NCBI GenBank assembly: GCA_963786795.1
Contig: CAWBAQ010000016.1
Location: 70,230 to 134,229, forward strand
Reading direction: 5' to 3'
DNA from: an uncultured Actinomycetota bacterium
Lineage (GTDB): Bacteria; Actinomycetota; Actinomycetes; Propionibacteriales; Nocardioidaceae
DNA: 64,000 nucleotides
Positions 41,069-51,976 of this stretch are shown here, piece after piece. How positions within the stretch are numbered: position 1 is the first letter of the stretch; the number at the start of each line of letters is the position of its first letter. Position numbers and translations under genes: made by a program. Under the pieces are notes generated by a model. The model had not been told where the DNA came from and did no database searches. It saw nothing but the letters and a program-made list of their open reading frames with translations.

Positions 41069-43283
41069 GTGAAAGAGCACTTCCGGCTCGACACCCACCC
41101 GATCGCCGACCCGGCCAACGTCGTGGTCGGGGACTGCTACCGGATCACCGTCCTGGACGCGGGCCTCGTGCGGCTGGAGTACGACGAGTCCGGCTCGTTC
41201 GAGGACCGGGCGTCGCAGACCGCGATCAACCGGGCGTTCGCCGCGACCGACTTCGAGGTGACCGAGACCGAAGACCTGCTCGAGATCCACACCGAACGGC
41301 TGCACCTGATCTACAACAAGGGCCCCTTCACGACGTACGGGCTGTCCGTCCAGGCCAAGGGCGGCTTCCACTCGAACGACTCGGTGTGGCGCTACGGGCT
41401 GAAGACCCCGAACCTCGGCGGCACGGCCCGCACCCTCGACGACGTCGACGGTGCGATCCCGCTGGAGGACGGCGTGCTCGCCTTCAACGGCGTCGCGGCC
41501 GTCGACGACTCGCACACCGTGCTGCTCGACGACGACGGCTGGATCGCGGCACGCCGGCCGGGCACCCTGGACCTGTACGTGTTCGCGTTCGGCCACGACT
41601 ACAAGCAGGCCCTCAAGGCGCTCTACGAGCTGACCGGACCGACCCCGGTGCTGCCGCGCTACGCCCTGGGCAACTGGTGGAGCCGCTACCACCCCTACAC
41701 CGCCGACGAGTACGTCGAGCTGATGGACCGGTTCGCCGCGGAGGACGTGCCGCTCTCCGTCGCGGTCATCGACATGGACTGGCACTGGGTGCGAGATCGA
41801 CCCGAAGTACGGCAGCGGCTGGACCGGCTACACCTGGAACACCGACCTGTTCCCGGACCCGGAGAAGTTCCTCGCCGACCTGCACGAGCGCGGCCTGGCG
41901 ACGTCGTTGAACGTGCACCCGGCCGAGGGGGTGCACGCGCACGAGGAGGCCTACGCCGCCATCGCGAAGCGGATGGGCGTCGACCCGGCGTCCGAGCTGC
42001 CGGTGAACTTCGACCCGACGGACCCGGACTTCATCGAGGCCTACCTCGAGGAGCTGCACCACCCGCTCGAGGACGGGGGCGTCGACTTCTGGTGGCTGGA
42101 CTGGCAGCAGGGCGGCGTCACCAAGATCCCCGGCCTGGACCCGTTGTGGCTGCTCAACCACTTCCACTACCTCGACTCCGGGCGGGAGCGGAAGCGTCCG
42201 CTCACGTTCTCCCGCTACGCCGGCATCGGCAGCCACCGCTACCCGATCGGCTTCTCCGGGGACACCTTCATCACCTGGGAGTCGCTGGACTTCCAGCCGT
42301 ACTTCACCGCGACCGCCTCGAACGCCGGCTACGGCTGGTGGAGCCACGACATCGGCGGCCACTTCAAGGGCTACCGCGACGACGAGCTGGCGACCCGCTG
42401 GGTGCAGTTCGGCGTCTTCACGCCGCTGAACCGGCTGCACTCCGGCCTCAACCCCTTCAACACCAAGGAGCCGTGGCGGTTCCCGCCCGCGGCCGAGACG
42501 GTGATGACCGACTTCCTGCGGCTGCGGCACCAGCTGCTGCCCTACCTCTCGACGATGAACCTGCGGGCGCACGCCGAGGGCGAGCCGCTCGTGCAGCCGA
42601 TGTACTACGACCACCCCGACGAGGCTGCGGCGTACGACGTACCGAACCAGTTCATGTTCGGCAGCGAGCTGCTCGTCGCGCCGATCACCTCACCGGCCGA
42701 CCGCGCCACGGGGCTCGGGCGGGTCAGGGCGTGGCTGCCCGAGGGCACCTGGACCGACGTGTTCACCGGGCTCACCTACACCGGCGGACGCACGGTCTAC
42801 CTGCACCGCGACCTGACCTCGATCCCGGTGCTCGCCAAGGCCGGCGCGATCGTGCCGACGGTGCCGGCCGACGCCCTGCCGCGGGGCGCCGACCTCTCCT
42901 CCGTCGTGGAGGTCCAGGTCTACCCCGGGGCGGACGGCTCGTTCACGCTGGCCGAGGACCGGGACGACGACCGCTGGGCCCGCACCCGGATCACCTACGA
43001 CGACGCGAGCGGCGAGGTCACGGTGCACGACGTCGAGGGCGACGCGGCGACGCTGCCGGCCGACCGGACCTACCGCGTCGAGGTGGTGCGCTCCACCCTG
43101 ACCACGGAGGAGCGGGTGTTCGCGCTGCTCGACCGGGCGCAGATGGGGTTCGAGCTCAAGGCCGCCGTGCACGACGCGGTGCGGACCGCTCCGGACGCCG
43201 GGTCGGCCGTGCTCGTGCTCCAGGGCCTCGACCTGCCGACGAGCCTGCTCGGTGCCGTGAGCGAGATCCTGCTCGCCCGCTGA
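41069..43283 (+). CDS. Glycoside hydrolase family 31 (one frameshift)
   Basis: PRYALGNWWSRY, VIDMDWH, GWTGYTWN, FWWLDWQQG nucleophile, GFSGDT acid/base, WSHDIGGH. Confidence 0.92.
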
Positions 43284-43289
43284 CGGGAG

Positions 43290-44267
43290 TCAGGTGTCGA
43301 GACCGGTCGCCTCGAGGACGTAGGCCCAGAGCCTCAGCAGGCCCTCGTCACCGGACCGCGTCCGCCGGAGGTAGTGCTCGGGGCGGGGGGCGCGGTCGTG
43401 CCAGAACTGGCCGCCTCCCGGCGCGGGCTCGGTCGCGGCGAGCCACACGATCGTGTCCGCTCCGGTCGCTGCGTCGCGCAGCAGCGGCCCCATCACCTTG
43501 TGGAAGCCGGGCAGCGACGTGACCACGCCCGGGGTGTCGGCCCAGCCGGGGTGCATCGTGTGCACGGCGATCCCGTCAGCCGGCCCAGCGCTCCTGCATC
43601 AGCGGCGTCAGCGCGACCTGCATCCGCTTCGTGCGGGCGTAGGCGGTGGTGCCCGAGTAGCTGCCCTGCAGGTACTCCGGGTCGTCGGCCGCGAGCCTCT
43701 GGGCGTACATCCCGCCCGACGACACGACGACCACCCGCGCCTGCCCGGCCGCGGCGAGCACGGGACGCAGCAGCTCGGTCATCAGCAGCGGTCCGAGCAC
43801 GTGCGTGGCCAGGGCCACCTCGTGGCCGTCGGGCGGTCTCCTGCCGGTCGGGCGGCAGCGCTCCCGCGTTGTGCACGAGTACGTCGACCCGGTCGACCGA
43901 CCCGCGCAGGGCGGCGGCGAAGGCCCGCACGGAGGACAGGTCGGACACGTCGCACCGGTGGAGGAGCACCTCGGCACCGGGCACCTCGCCGCGGATGTCG
44001 GTGACGGCCGCCCGGCCCTTGGCGAGGTCGCGCACCACGAGGTGGACCGTCGCCCCGAGCCGCGCGAGTGCCACGGCGGTGGCCTTGCCGAGCCCCGAGC
44101 TGCCGCCGGTGACCACGACGGTCTTGCCCCGTCATCGACGCCGGGCGGCGGGTCGTCGGCCGTCCCAGCATCGGCCGGCGCAGCCAGTAGCCGATCTTGG
44201 AGTAGCCCGGCACGACGGTCCGGTCGAGCGCGGTGTCGAGGGCGTTGCCCAGCACGTGCGGGATCAT
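43290..44267 (-). CDS. SDR oxidoreductase, DHRS12-like (frameshifted)
   Basis: VTGGSSGLG, VHNAG, VSSGGMY, YARTKRMQV, MHPGWADTPGV..SLPGF, GADTIVWLA. Confidence 0.85.
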
Positions 44268-45537
44268 CGGTGCACTCCCAGGTCGGCGATCACGGCGGAG
44301 GCGGCGCGACGGCCCGAGACGAGCGCGCCCTGGATGGAGCTGGTGTCACGGTGGTCGCCGGCGACGTACACCGACTCGGCCCCCGCTGGTGAGGCGCACC
44401 GGCTTGCGCAGCGGGTGCGGTGCCGGCATCCCGGGCAGCGCCCGCGGGAGGTCGTAGGTCGCGAGCAGCTCCCACGACGAGGTGTCGGTGCCGTGCAGCC
44501 GGGCCAGGGCGGAGCGCACCTCGGGGCCGTCGAGGTCGTCCGGGAGGGAGCTGCCGTGCACCATCGACGTGGACACCAGCGACTGTCCGGGCGGGGCGTA
44601 CTCCGGCGCGGCGCTCGACAGCACGATCGTGTTCGCGACCGGGGAGCGCTCGGCGTCGAGCAGCAGCATCGCGGCTGGCCTCCGGGAACGCCGGCGTCGA
44701 CGTGGTAGACGGTCGTGACGCCGCGGGCCGACGGTTCCGGCATCGCGTGCGGCAGCGAGGCGCGCGGCCGTCCAGGCGTCGGTGGCGACGACCACGGCCC
44801 GGGCCCGGACGGTGCCCCGCGGTGGTGTCGACCGACCCGGCGGAGACCCGGTGCACGCGCGGTGTCGAGGTGGACCGTCCCGGCGGGCAGGGGCGCGGCG
44901 ACCTGCTCGGGCAGGCGCTGCATGCCGCCGGCCGGGACGGTGGACCCGCCCCGCACGAACATCCGCATCATCAGGTCGGTGAACCGCCGTGACGTCGACA
45001 GGTCGTCCTCGAGCAGGACCCCGGAGAAGAACGGCCGGAGCACGCCGTCGACGACGTCCGGCGGGATGTGCGCCCGGCGCCAGGCCTCGGCCGCGCTGAC
45101 GTCGTCGCGGCTGCTTGAGTCCCGCGACGGGCAGGGTCGCGCAGAGTCCGGCGTACAGCCCGAGCGCCGCCTTGCCGCCGACGCCGCCGACCGGGAGCCC
45201 CAGCGCCGACGGTCGCGCCGCGCGGCCGCTGGAGCCGGGTTGACGACCTGCACCCGCTCGTCCGTCGAGGTGGATGCCCGACCGCCGCGTCGAAGGGCCG
45301 CAGGTCGAGGGCGTCGAGGTCGACGAGCCCGCGCAGCGCCGGGTAGGCGGTGTTCAGCACCTGGAAGCCGCGGTCGAGGGTGTAGCCGTCGACGTGGTCG
45401 GTGCGCACCCGGCCGCCCACCGCGTCCCCCGCCTCGAGGACGCGTACGTCGAGACCGCGGCCGGTCAGGGCACGGGCGCAGGCGAGACCGGCCAGCCCGG
45501 CCCCGACCACGACGACGTCGGCGGACGGGAGGCTCAC
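44264..45537 (-). CDS. FAD-dependent oxidoreductase, amine oxidase/phytoene desaturase-like (frameshifted)
   Basis: VVVGAGLAGL, VGGRVRTD.VDG..LDRGFQVLNTAYP, LRPFFSGVLLE, GDHRDTSSIQGALVSGRRAA. Confidence 0.85.
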
Positions 45538-46298
45538 GGCCGGCTCCGGTGGGCGTGACGGAACAGCGGGGGCAGGTAGCGCACCATCAGGGTGGACCAC
45601 GTCAGGTGCGTGAGCAGCGGGGCCTGGAGGCCGCCGGAGGCGCGGCGCTGCAGGCCGAACAGCGTGCCCATCACGCCCGCGGCCAGGACCAGCGCCGGGT
45701 TGCGGGTGGCGACGGTGGCCAGCGTGTAGACCGCCGTCGACGCCACGACGGCCCGGTCGGCGTCGAGCGCGGCGTACAACGCGCCGCGGAAGAACACCTC
45801 CTCGCCGAGCCCGTTGGCCAGCGTGGTGGCGACGACCAGCGGGCCGCTGCCCTCCTCGGCGAACGTCAGCACGTTGCCGATCGCGCGGTCGAGGACCGGG
45901 ATGCTGCGGGCGACCAGCGCGCAGCCGTAGAAGAACGCCGAACGCGCCGACGCCGGTGGCGACCGGGGTGACGACCGGGCGGCGCAGGTGCTGGTCGCGG
46001 CCCTGGATCCAGCCGAGGTGCAGCGGGCCCGGACAGCAGCCCGCCGGCGGTCCAGGTGGCCGCGACGGCGGCGGTCAGCCCGTAGAACTCGCTTGCGAGT
46101 CCGGCTTGGTCGACAGCGACAGCCCGAGCAGCCCGGTGCCCAGCACGGAGACCCCGGCGACGACCCGGCGCCGGCGCCGGACCACCGGCGCGGTCTCCGG
46201 GTGCTGCACCGGCACCACGTGGGTGATCGGCATCGGCAGCCGTCGCCTCGACCTGCGACTGCGCACGGCCGCCACCAGCGGCGGGTGCGCGGGTTCAT
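45534..46298 (-). CDS. CPBP intramembrane metalloprotease, paralog of 37956-38660 (frameshifted)
   Basis: [34 protein letters not shown]. Confidence 0.82.
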   Translation of the reverse strand: MNPRTRRWWRPCAVAGRGDGCRCRSPTWCRCSTRRPRRWSGAGAGSSPGSPCWAPGCSGCRCRPSRTRKRVLRADRRRRGHLDRRRAAVRARCTSAGSRAATSTCAARSSPRSPPASARSAFFYGCALVARSIPVLDRAIGNVLTFAEEGSGPLVVATTLANGLGEEVFFRGALYAALDADRAVVASTAVYTLATVATRNPALVLAAGVMGTLFGLQRRASGGLQAPLLTHLTWSTLMVRYLPPLFRHAHRSRP

Positions 46299-47215
46299 CG
46301 AGACGCTCTCCTCCCGGTCGTGCTCGTCCAGGGCGGTGCGCACGGCGTCGTCGTAGCCCATCGGCTCGAACGGCACCACGGAGCGGATGCTGTCGTCCTG
46401 CACGACGACCTCGTTGGCCATCGAGTCGACCAGCGACCGTCCCGCCTGGGTGTCGACGTCGGTCACCAGCGACAGCCAGCGCGACGACAGTCCCGGGCGT
46501 GAGCAGGGGCACCGGGACGATGACCAGCGGCCGGTTCTTGATCGTGGCCACCCGGCGCAGCATCGTGACGTACTGCAGCACCTCGGGGCCGCCGATCTCG
46601 AAGACCTGGCCGAGCGCCTCGTCGTGGTCGAGCACGCCGACGAGGTAGCGCACCACGTCGGCCACCGCGATCGGCTGGGTCCTGGTGCGCACCCACCGCG
46701 GGGTGACCATCGCCGGCAGGTGGTCGACGAGCTGGCGGGTCATCTCCCACGAGATGCCGCCGCTGCCGACGATGATGCCGGCGCGCAGCACGGTCACCGG
46801 CACCCCCGCGGCGCCGAGCAGGCCCTCGACCTCGCGGCGGCTGCGCAGGTGCGACGGACAGCTCGTCGGACTCGCTGCCGAGGCCGCCGAGGTAGACGAT
46901 CTGCTGCACCCCCGCCGTCGGCCGCGGCCTCCCCGAAGGCGGTCGCCGCCTCCGCGTCGAGCCGCTCGAAGTCCTTGGAGTCCAGGGAGTGCACGAGGTA
47001 GTACGCCGCGCGGCAGCCCGGCGAGCGCCGCCGGCAGCGAGCCGGCGTCGTGCACGTCGCCGTGGACCGGGCTGCCCTCGCCCGTCGTAGGTGTCGGGGT
47101 GCCGGGTCATGGCGCGGACGTCGTGACCGGCCTCCACGAGGTCCGGCACCAGCCGGCGCCCGACGAAGCCGGACGCGCCGGCGACCAGGACCGGTCCCTG
47201 CTCGGGTGATGTCAC
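46295..47215 (-). CDS. NAD(P)H-binding atypical SDR, YbjT-like (frameshifted)
   Basis: VLVAGASGFVGRRL, YYLVHSL, IVYLGGLG, HLRSRREVE, LRAGIIVGSG..SWEM, PRWVRTRTQPIA. Confidence 0.85.
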
Positions 47216-47253
47216 TCGTTCTCCTCGTCGTGCGTCGTCGGTCCGACCGTCAG

Positions 47254-47286
47254 AAATTACACACTTTCCTGAACAGTCTGTTTAGG
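47254..47286 (-). promoter_or_regulatory. Putative MerR-type promoter/operator
   Basis: Minus strand TAAACA-N19-TAATTT. Dyad CCTGAACAG-T-CTGTTTAGG at 47268-47286. Confidence 0.5.
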
Positions 47287-47303
47287 TTTACCCTCTCATC
47301 GTG

Positions 47304-48197
47304 ATGCCAACCCCCTCTCCCGCGCAAGCCCCGACGACGACGCCCTCACCATCGGCGACCTGGCCCGACGCACGGGCATCGCCCCGGCCACGCTGCGCAT
47401 GTGGGAGTCGCGGCACGGCTTCCCCCGCCCGACCCGGCGGGACAGCGGGCACCGCCGCTACGACGAGCACGACGTCGAGCTGGTGCTGCAGGTGCTGCGC
47501 CGTCGCGACGACGGCATGCGGCTCGAGGTCGCGATCGCCGGCGTGGCGCTCGCCGAGGCCTCGGTCGGCGCCCCGCCCGGCGCGCCGTCGGTCTACGCGA
47601 CGCTGCGCCGGCTGCACCCCGCGCTGCACGCCGCAGCGGCTGACGAAGTCCACGCTGCTCGCGCTGTCGTGGGCGATCGAGGACGAGTGCTGCTCGCGGG
47701 CCGAGCGGCCGATGATCTTCGGCGCCTTCCAGCAGGAGCGCTACTTCCGGGCCGCCCAGGAGCGCTGGGCCGAGCTGGCCCGGGTCTCCCGCTCGACGAT
47801 GGTGTTCGCCGCCTTCAGCGCCGAGCCCGGCGCCGGTCGAGCGGCACCACCTTCGTCGACCTCCCCGACGACGCGCCGATGCGGCGCGAGTGGGCGGTGG
47901 TCTGCGACGCCGAGGACTACCCGGCGATGCTGACCGCCTGGGAGCTGCCGGGACAGTCGACCGTGCCCGACGGCAAGCGGCTCTTCGAGGCCATCTGGAC
48001 GGTCGAGCCGGCCGCCGTACGCGACGCGGCCCGGGCCTGCGCCCAGGTGGCCCAGCAGCTCGGCCACCCCGAGGGCGGCACCGCTGCTCTACGAGCTCGC
48101 CGAGAACCCGCCGCCGCCCCCGGTGGAGCTGCTGCAGGCCACCTCGCTGCTCAACCGGGTCGTGGCGTACGTCGACCGGGCCGCCGAGGCCGGCTGA
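47304..48197 (+). CDS. MerR-HTH plus DICT sensory domain regulator (frameshifted)
   Basis: [34 protein letters not shown], then DICT K.TLLALS.AIED...FGAFQQ.RYF...EWAVVC...LTAWE...R.FEAIWT.EP..V..AA. Confidence 0.85.
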
Positions 48198-48203
48198 GAG
48201 CGC

Positions 48204-48686
48204 CTACGGGGTGTCGGTGACGACCTGCTGGCCGAGGTACTGCTGCACACCCACCCGCTCGATCGCGTCGAGCTGGCCCTCGAACCAGTCGGCGTGCGAC
48301 TCCTCGTCGCGGACCATCTCCTCGAAGACCGCGGCCGTGCCGTGGTCGCCGAGGTCGTGGCACTCGCGGGCGCCCTCGTTGAACTGCGCCACCGCGGCCC
48401 TCTCCGACTCGAGCGCGAGCCGCAGCATCTCCTCGGCGGTCTCGCCGACGGTGATGGAGCCGAGCTTCTGCAGGTTGGGGTGCCCGTCGAACATCAGGAT
48501 CCGGTTGATGAGCGCGTCGGCGTCCTTCATCTCGTCGATCGACAGGTCGTAGAAGACCTTGCCGAGCCGGCCGAGACCCCAGTTGTCGAGCATGCGGGCG
48601 TGCAGGAAGTAGGTGTTCGTGACCGTGAGCTCGAACGTGAGGGCCGCGTTGAGCAGCTCGACGACACGGGGGCTAGCTGGCTGCAA
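48204..48686 (-). CDS. bfr: Bacterioferritin
   Basis: LN.AL..EL...N.YFLHARM..NWG, SIDEMK.AD.LI.RIL..DG.PNLQ, DEE.H.DW. TTG start with GGAGG RBS. Confidence 0.9.
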   Translation of the reverse strand: MQPASPRVVELLNAALTFELTVTNTYFLHARMLDNWGLGRLGKVFYDLSIDEMKDADALINRILMFDGHPNLQKLGSITVGETAEEMLRLALESERAAVAQFNEGARECHDLGDHGTAAVFEEMVRDEESHADWFEGQLDAIERVGVQQYLGQQVVTDTP

Positions 48687-48873
48687 CGTCGACCTCCAGG
48701 ACCGGTGCGGATGCCTCATGCTCACACACGATCCGCTTGAGGGAGAAGACGCAGGAGCCGCAGTCCTGGCCGGCGCCGGTCGAACGGCAGACCGCCGCGA
48801 GCGAGCGGGCACCGTCGCGGACCGCCTCGGTGACCGCCCGGTCGGTGACGACGCGGCAGTGGCACACGATCAC
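48673..48873 (-). CDS. bfd: Bacterioferritin-associated (2Fe-2S) ferredoxin
   Basis: IVCHCRVVTD...GAGQDCGSC motif. Confidence 0.9.
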   Translation of the reverse strand: MIVCHCRVVTDRAVTEAVRDGARSLAAVCRSTGAGQDCGSCVFSLKRIVCEHEASAPVLEVDVAAS

Positions 48874-48893
48874 GGCAGGCTCCTCGGCGGTCT

Positions 48894-48932
48894 CGAAGTA
48901 AGGCGGACCTAAATTATGTGAGGCATACCTAA
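48894..48932. promoter_or_regulatory. Tandem IdeR/DtxR iron boxes
   Basis: TTATGTGAGGCATACCTAA (48914-48932, 15/19 to TTAGGTTAGGCTAACCTAA) and a weaker CGAAGTAAGGCGGACCTAA (48894-48912), directly upstream of bfd. Confidence 0.82.
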
Positions 48933-49014
48933 CTTTGCGCAAGTGCGGGGTCCGGGCCCGCGCGCCGCGTCACCCGGGACGCGACCGTCCGTGGGGAGGC
49001 CTAGGCTGGGCCCG

Positions 49015-50062
49015 ATGTCACCCCGGACCCTGCTCGCCGTCGACGGCAACTCGTTGCTGCACCGCAGCTTCCACGCGTCCGCCCGCAGCGGGTTCCGCAC
49101 GCCGGACGGCCGGCCGATGTGGGCCGTGCGAGGGCTGCTGTCCCAGCTGGTCGCGGCCGTCGACCGGGTCTGCGCGGACGCCGTCGTCGTGGGCTTCGAC
49201 GACCGCGCGTCGAGCGTGCGCAAGGAACGCTGGCCGACGTACAAGGCCCACCGCGACGCCAAGCCGGAGTCGCTGGAGGAGCAGCTCGACACCGCGATCG
49301 ACGTGCTCCGCGCGATCGGCATCGTGGTCGCGGTGCCCGAGGGTCTCGAGGCCGACGACGTGCTGGCGAGCGCGGCCGCCTACGCCCCGACGGTCGGCGC
49401 GCGCACCGTGGTGGCGACCTCCGACCGGGACTCGTTCGCGCTGATCGACGAGCACACCAAGATGCTCCGGATCCTCAACGGCGGTGTCGACGCGTCGCCG
49501 CTGCTCGACCCGCACCGGCTGGTGATGGTGACCGGAGTGCGGCCCGAGCAGTACCTCGACTACGCCGCCCTGCGCGGCGACGCCTCGGACAACCTGCCCG
49601 GGGTCGCGGGCATCGGCCCCAAGACCGCGGCCCGCCTGCTGGCCGAGTTCGGCTCGGCGGCGGCCGCCTTCGACGACGCCTGCGGCGACGGCGAAGCGGT
49701 GCACGCAGGTGCTCGGCCGGTCGACGGCCCGCAAGCTCGCCGACCCGGCCGCCCGCGAGCGCTGGCAGCTCAACTGCCAGGTGATGACCATGCACCCGAC
49801 GGCGCCGCTGGGCCTCGACCTGGACGCCGGGGTGGGCTGCCTGCCGCTGGACGAGGCAGCCGTGCGGGCGACGTTCGGCCGCCTCGAGCTGCACGTCCCG
49901 ACGGCCGTGCGGGCGCTGACCGGCAAGGAGACGTCGCTGCCGCAGCCGGCCGACGTCGACGCGGGCTGGATCCCCCGGCCGCGCCCGGCGCCGATGCGGC
50001 ACCCACCCCTGCGCAAGCCGGTCGAGCCCGAGCCGGCGTACGTGCAGGAGACGCTCTTCTAG
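49015..50062 (+). CDS. Stand-alone 5'-3' exonuclease (PolA N-terminal/FEN-like) (frameshifted)
   Basis: LLAVDGNSLLHR, YKAHR, EADDVLAS, TSDRD, LRGDASDNLPGV.GIGPKTA. Confidence 0.88.
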
Positions 50063-50701
50063 GACCGCGCCGAGCTGCGTCGAGCTCAGCCAGTCCTGGA
50101 GAAGGCTGACCGTCGCCGCGGAGAGCCCGTGACCGCCGGGGTCGCGGTGCGACGTGAGCGCGGCGCCCGACGCGTCGTGCAGGTAGGACCAGGTGCGGTC
50201 CAGCAGCTCGGCCGGGATGACCCTGTCCTGCTCCCCCCGGGCGAGCAGGACCGGCACCCCGTCGAGACGGCCGGCGTCGACCGGGACCCCCGCGTCGAAC
50301 GGCAGGGTGCCGAGCAGCACCGCTGCACCGGTCCAGCGCGCCGGGTCGGACAGGAGCAGCCCCCCGGCGAAGGCCGCGCCACCGCTGAACCCGACGAGCA
50401 GGACCGGCCGGTCGCCCGCGGTGGCGTCGAGCCAGCGCCGGAACCAGGCCATCGTGTCCGCCAGCGACTCGGCGACGGGCCGGCCGATGCCGCGGTTGGC
50501 GAACCACGCGAACCCGCCGCCCTCGGCGATCGGCGCCCGCACGGCGGCGTACGCCAGGTCCTGCGGCAGGTGGTCGGCCAGCGACGCGATCTGCTGCTCG
50601 TCGGAACCCCGGCCGTGCAGCAGCACGACCAGCGGGGCGTCCGGGTCGGTCGAGCCACGGCGCGCGACGACGGGCTCGCCGAACGCCGACGGCTGGCTCA
50701 C
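50059..50701 (-). CDS. Phospholipase/carboxylesterase (alpha/beta hydrolase)
   Basis: LLHGRGSDE, WFANRGIG, GFSGG nucleophile elbow, D.VIP, GGH. Confidence 0.82.
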
Positions 50702-51222
50702 GAGGACGCGTCCTCGACGATCCGGCCCGCGGTGCGGCGACCGGCCCAGCGACGCACCTCGCCCGCGAGGTCGAGGCGCTCGGTGGTGGCGCTGTCGGCC
50801 ATCGCGCCCCACTCGGCCCGCGGCAGCATCCACATCACCTCGAACTCGTTGCCGTCCGGGTCGACGCCGTAGACGCTCTTGGTCGCGCCGTGGCTGGACT
50901 CGCCGGTGTAGGCCTCGAGGTTCGCCAGCGTCAGCCGGGCCTGCTCGAGGTCCTCGATCGTGTCGACCTGCCAGGCCAGGTGGTAGAGCCCGACCGTGCC
51001 GGGACGGCGCGGGGGTGCGCCCGCGCCGATCCCGAACAGGCCGAGGTCGTGGTGGTTCTCCGAGCCGGGCATCCGCAGGAAGGCTGCGTTGGCGCGGGGC
51101 TCGCGGGCGACCACCTCGGTGCCGAAGGCGCGGGCGTAGAAGTCCAGCGCGCGCTCCAGGTCGGAGACGAAGAGCACCGCGTGGTTGAGGCGCACGGCCC
51201 GGATCGTCGACGGGATGGTCAT
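50698..51222 (-). CDS. VOC family protein (extradiol dioxygenase-like)
   Basis: LNHAVLFV, NHHDLGLF, GLYHLAWQV, SHGATKSVYG.DPDGNEFE. Confidence 0.85.
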   Translation of the reverse strand: MTIPSTIRAVRLNHAVLFVSDLERALDFYARAFGTEVVAREPRANAAFLRMPGSENHHDLGLFGIGAGAPPRRPGTVGLYHLAWQVDTIEDLEQARLTLANLEAYTGESSHGATKSVYGVDPDGNEFEVMWMLPRAEWGAMADSATTERLDLAGEVRRWAGRRTAGRIVEDASS

Positions 51223-51239
51223 GACGGGAACCCTTTCGG

Positions 51240-51878
51240 TCAGGAAGCGGCGGGAACCGCGATGGCGGAGACGTCGAACTCCAGCTTGATCTTCTCGCTG
51301 ACCAGCACGCCACCGGTCTCGAGCGCGGCGTTCCAGGTCAGGCCCCAGTCCTTGCGGTTGATCGAGGTGCTGCCCTCGAAGCCGACCCGCAGGTTGCCGA
51401 ACGGGTCCTTCGCGGAGCCGGTCGACTCGAAGTCGATGGTGACCGGGTTGGTGACGCCCTTGATGGTCAGGTCGCCGGTGACGGTCCAGGTGGTGGCGTC
51501 GGCGCGGCGTACGTCGGTGGTGACGAAGGTGATCTCGGGGAAGGTCTCCACGTCGAAGAAGTCGGCGGAGACGCAGGTGACCGTCGCGGTCGGCCTGGCC
51601 GGTGGTGATGCTCGCGGCGCGGATGTTGACCTTCGCCGAGGAGGCCGAGGGGTTCGCGGTGTCGAGGTGGGCGGTGCCCTCGAACTCGTCGAACTGGCCG
51701 CGGACGGTGGTGACCATCGCGTGCCGGGCCGAGAAGCCGATCCGGGTGTGCGTGATGTCGAGGGTGTAGTCGCCGGCGATGTCGTCGACGGCCGTGGTGC
51801 CCGCGTCGAAGACCGGCGGCCGGGGTGACGGCGGCCGGCGACCGGTGGGACCGTGGTGGAGCGGCTGAACAGACCCAT
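51240..51878 (-). CDS. YceI-family polyisoprenoid-binding protein (frameshifted)
   Basis: HTRIGFSARHAMVTTVRGQF, RDGHL.SADFFD.E.FP, GDLTIKG, INRKDWGLTWNAALETGGVLVSEK. Confidence 0.9.
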   Translation of the reverse strand: MGLFSRSTTVPPVAGRRHPGRRSSTRAPRPSTTSPATTPSTSRTPGSASRPGTRWSPPSAASSTSSRAPPTSTPRTPRPPRRRSTSAPRASPPARPTATVTCVSADFFDVETFPEITFVTTDVRRADATTWTVTGDLTIKGVTNPVTIDFESTGSAKDPFGNLRVGFEGSTSINRKDWGLTWNAALETGGVLVSEKIKLEFDVSAIAVPAAS

Positions 51879-51891
51879 GAGAACTCCTGTA

Positions 51892-51949
51892 AGTTGAAGG
51901 TTCAAGTCGATGACTCCGAACCTACTCCTCTTTAGTTGAAGTGTCAACT
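51892..51949. promoter_or_regulatory. Two MarR/RosR-type palindromic operators
   Basis: AGTTGAAGGTTCAAGT (51892-51907) and AGTTGAAGTGTCAACT (51934-51949) upstream of yceI. Confidence 0.7.
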
Positions 51950-51976
51950 GTCTGCAGGTCACACCCCCCTCACGCA

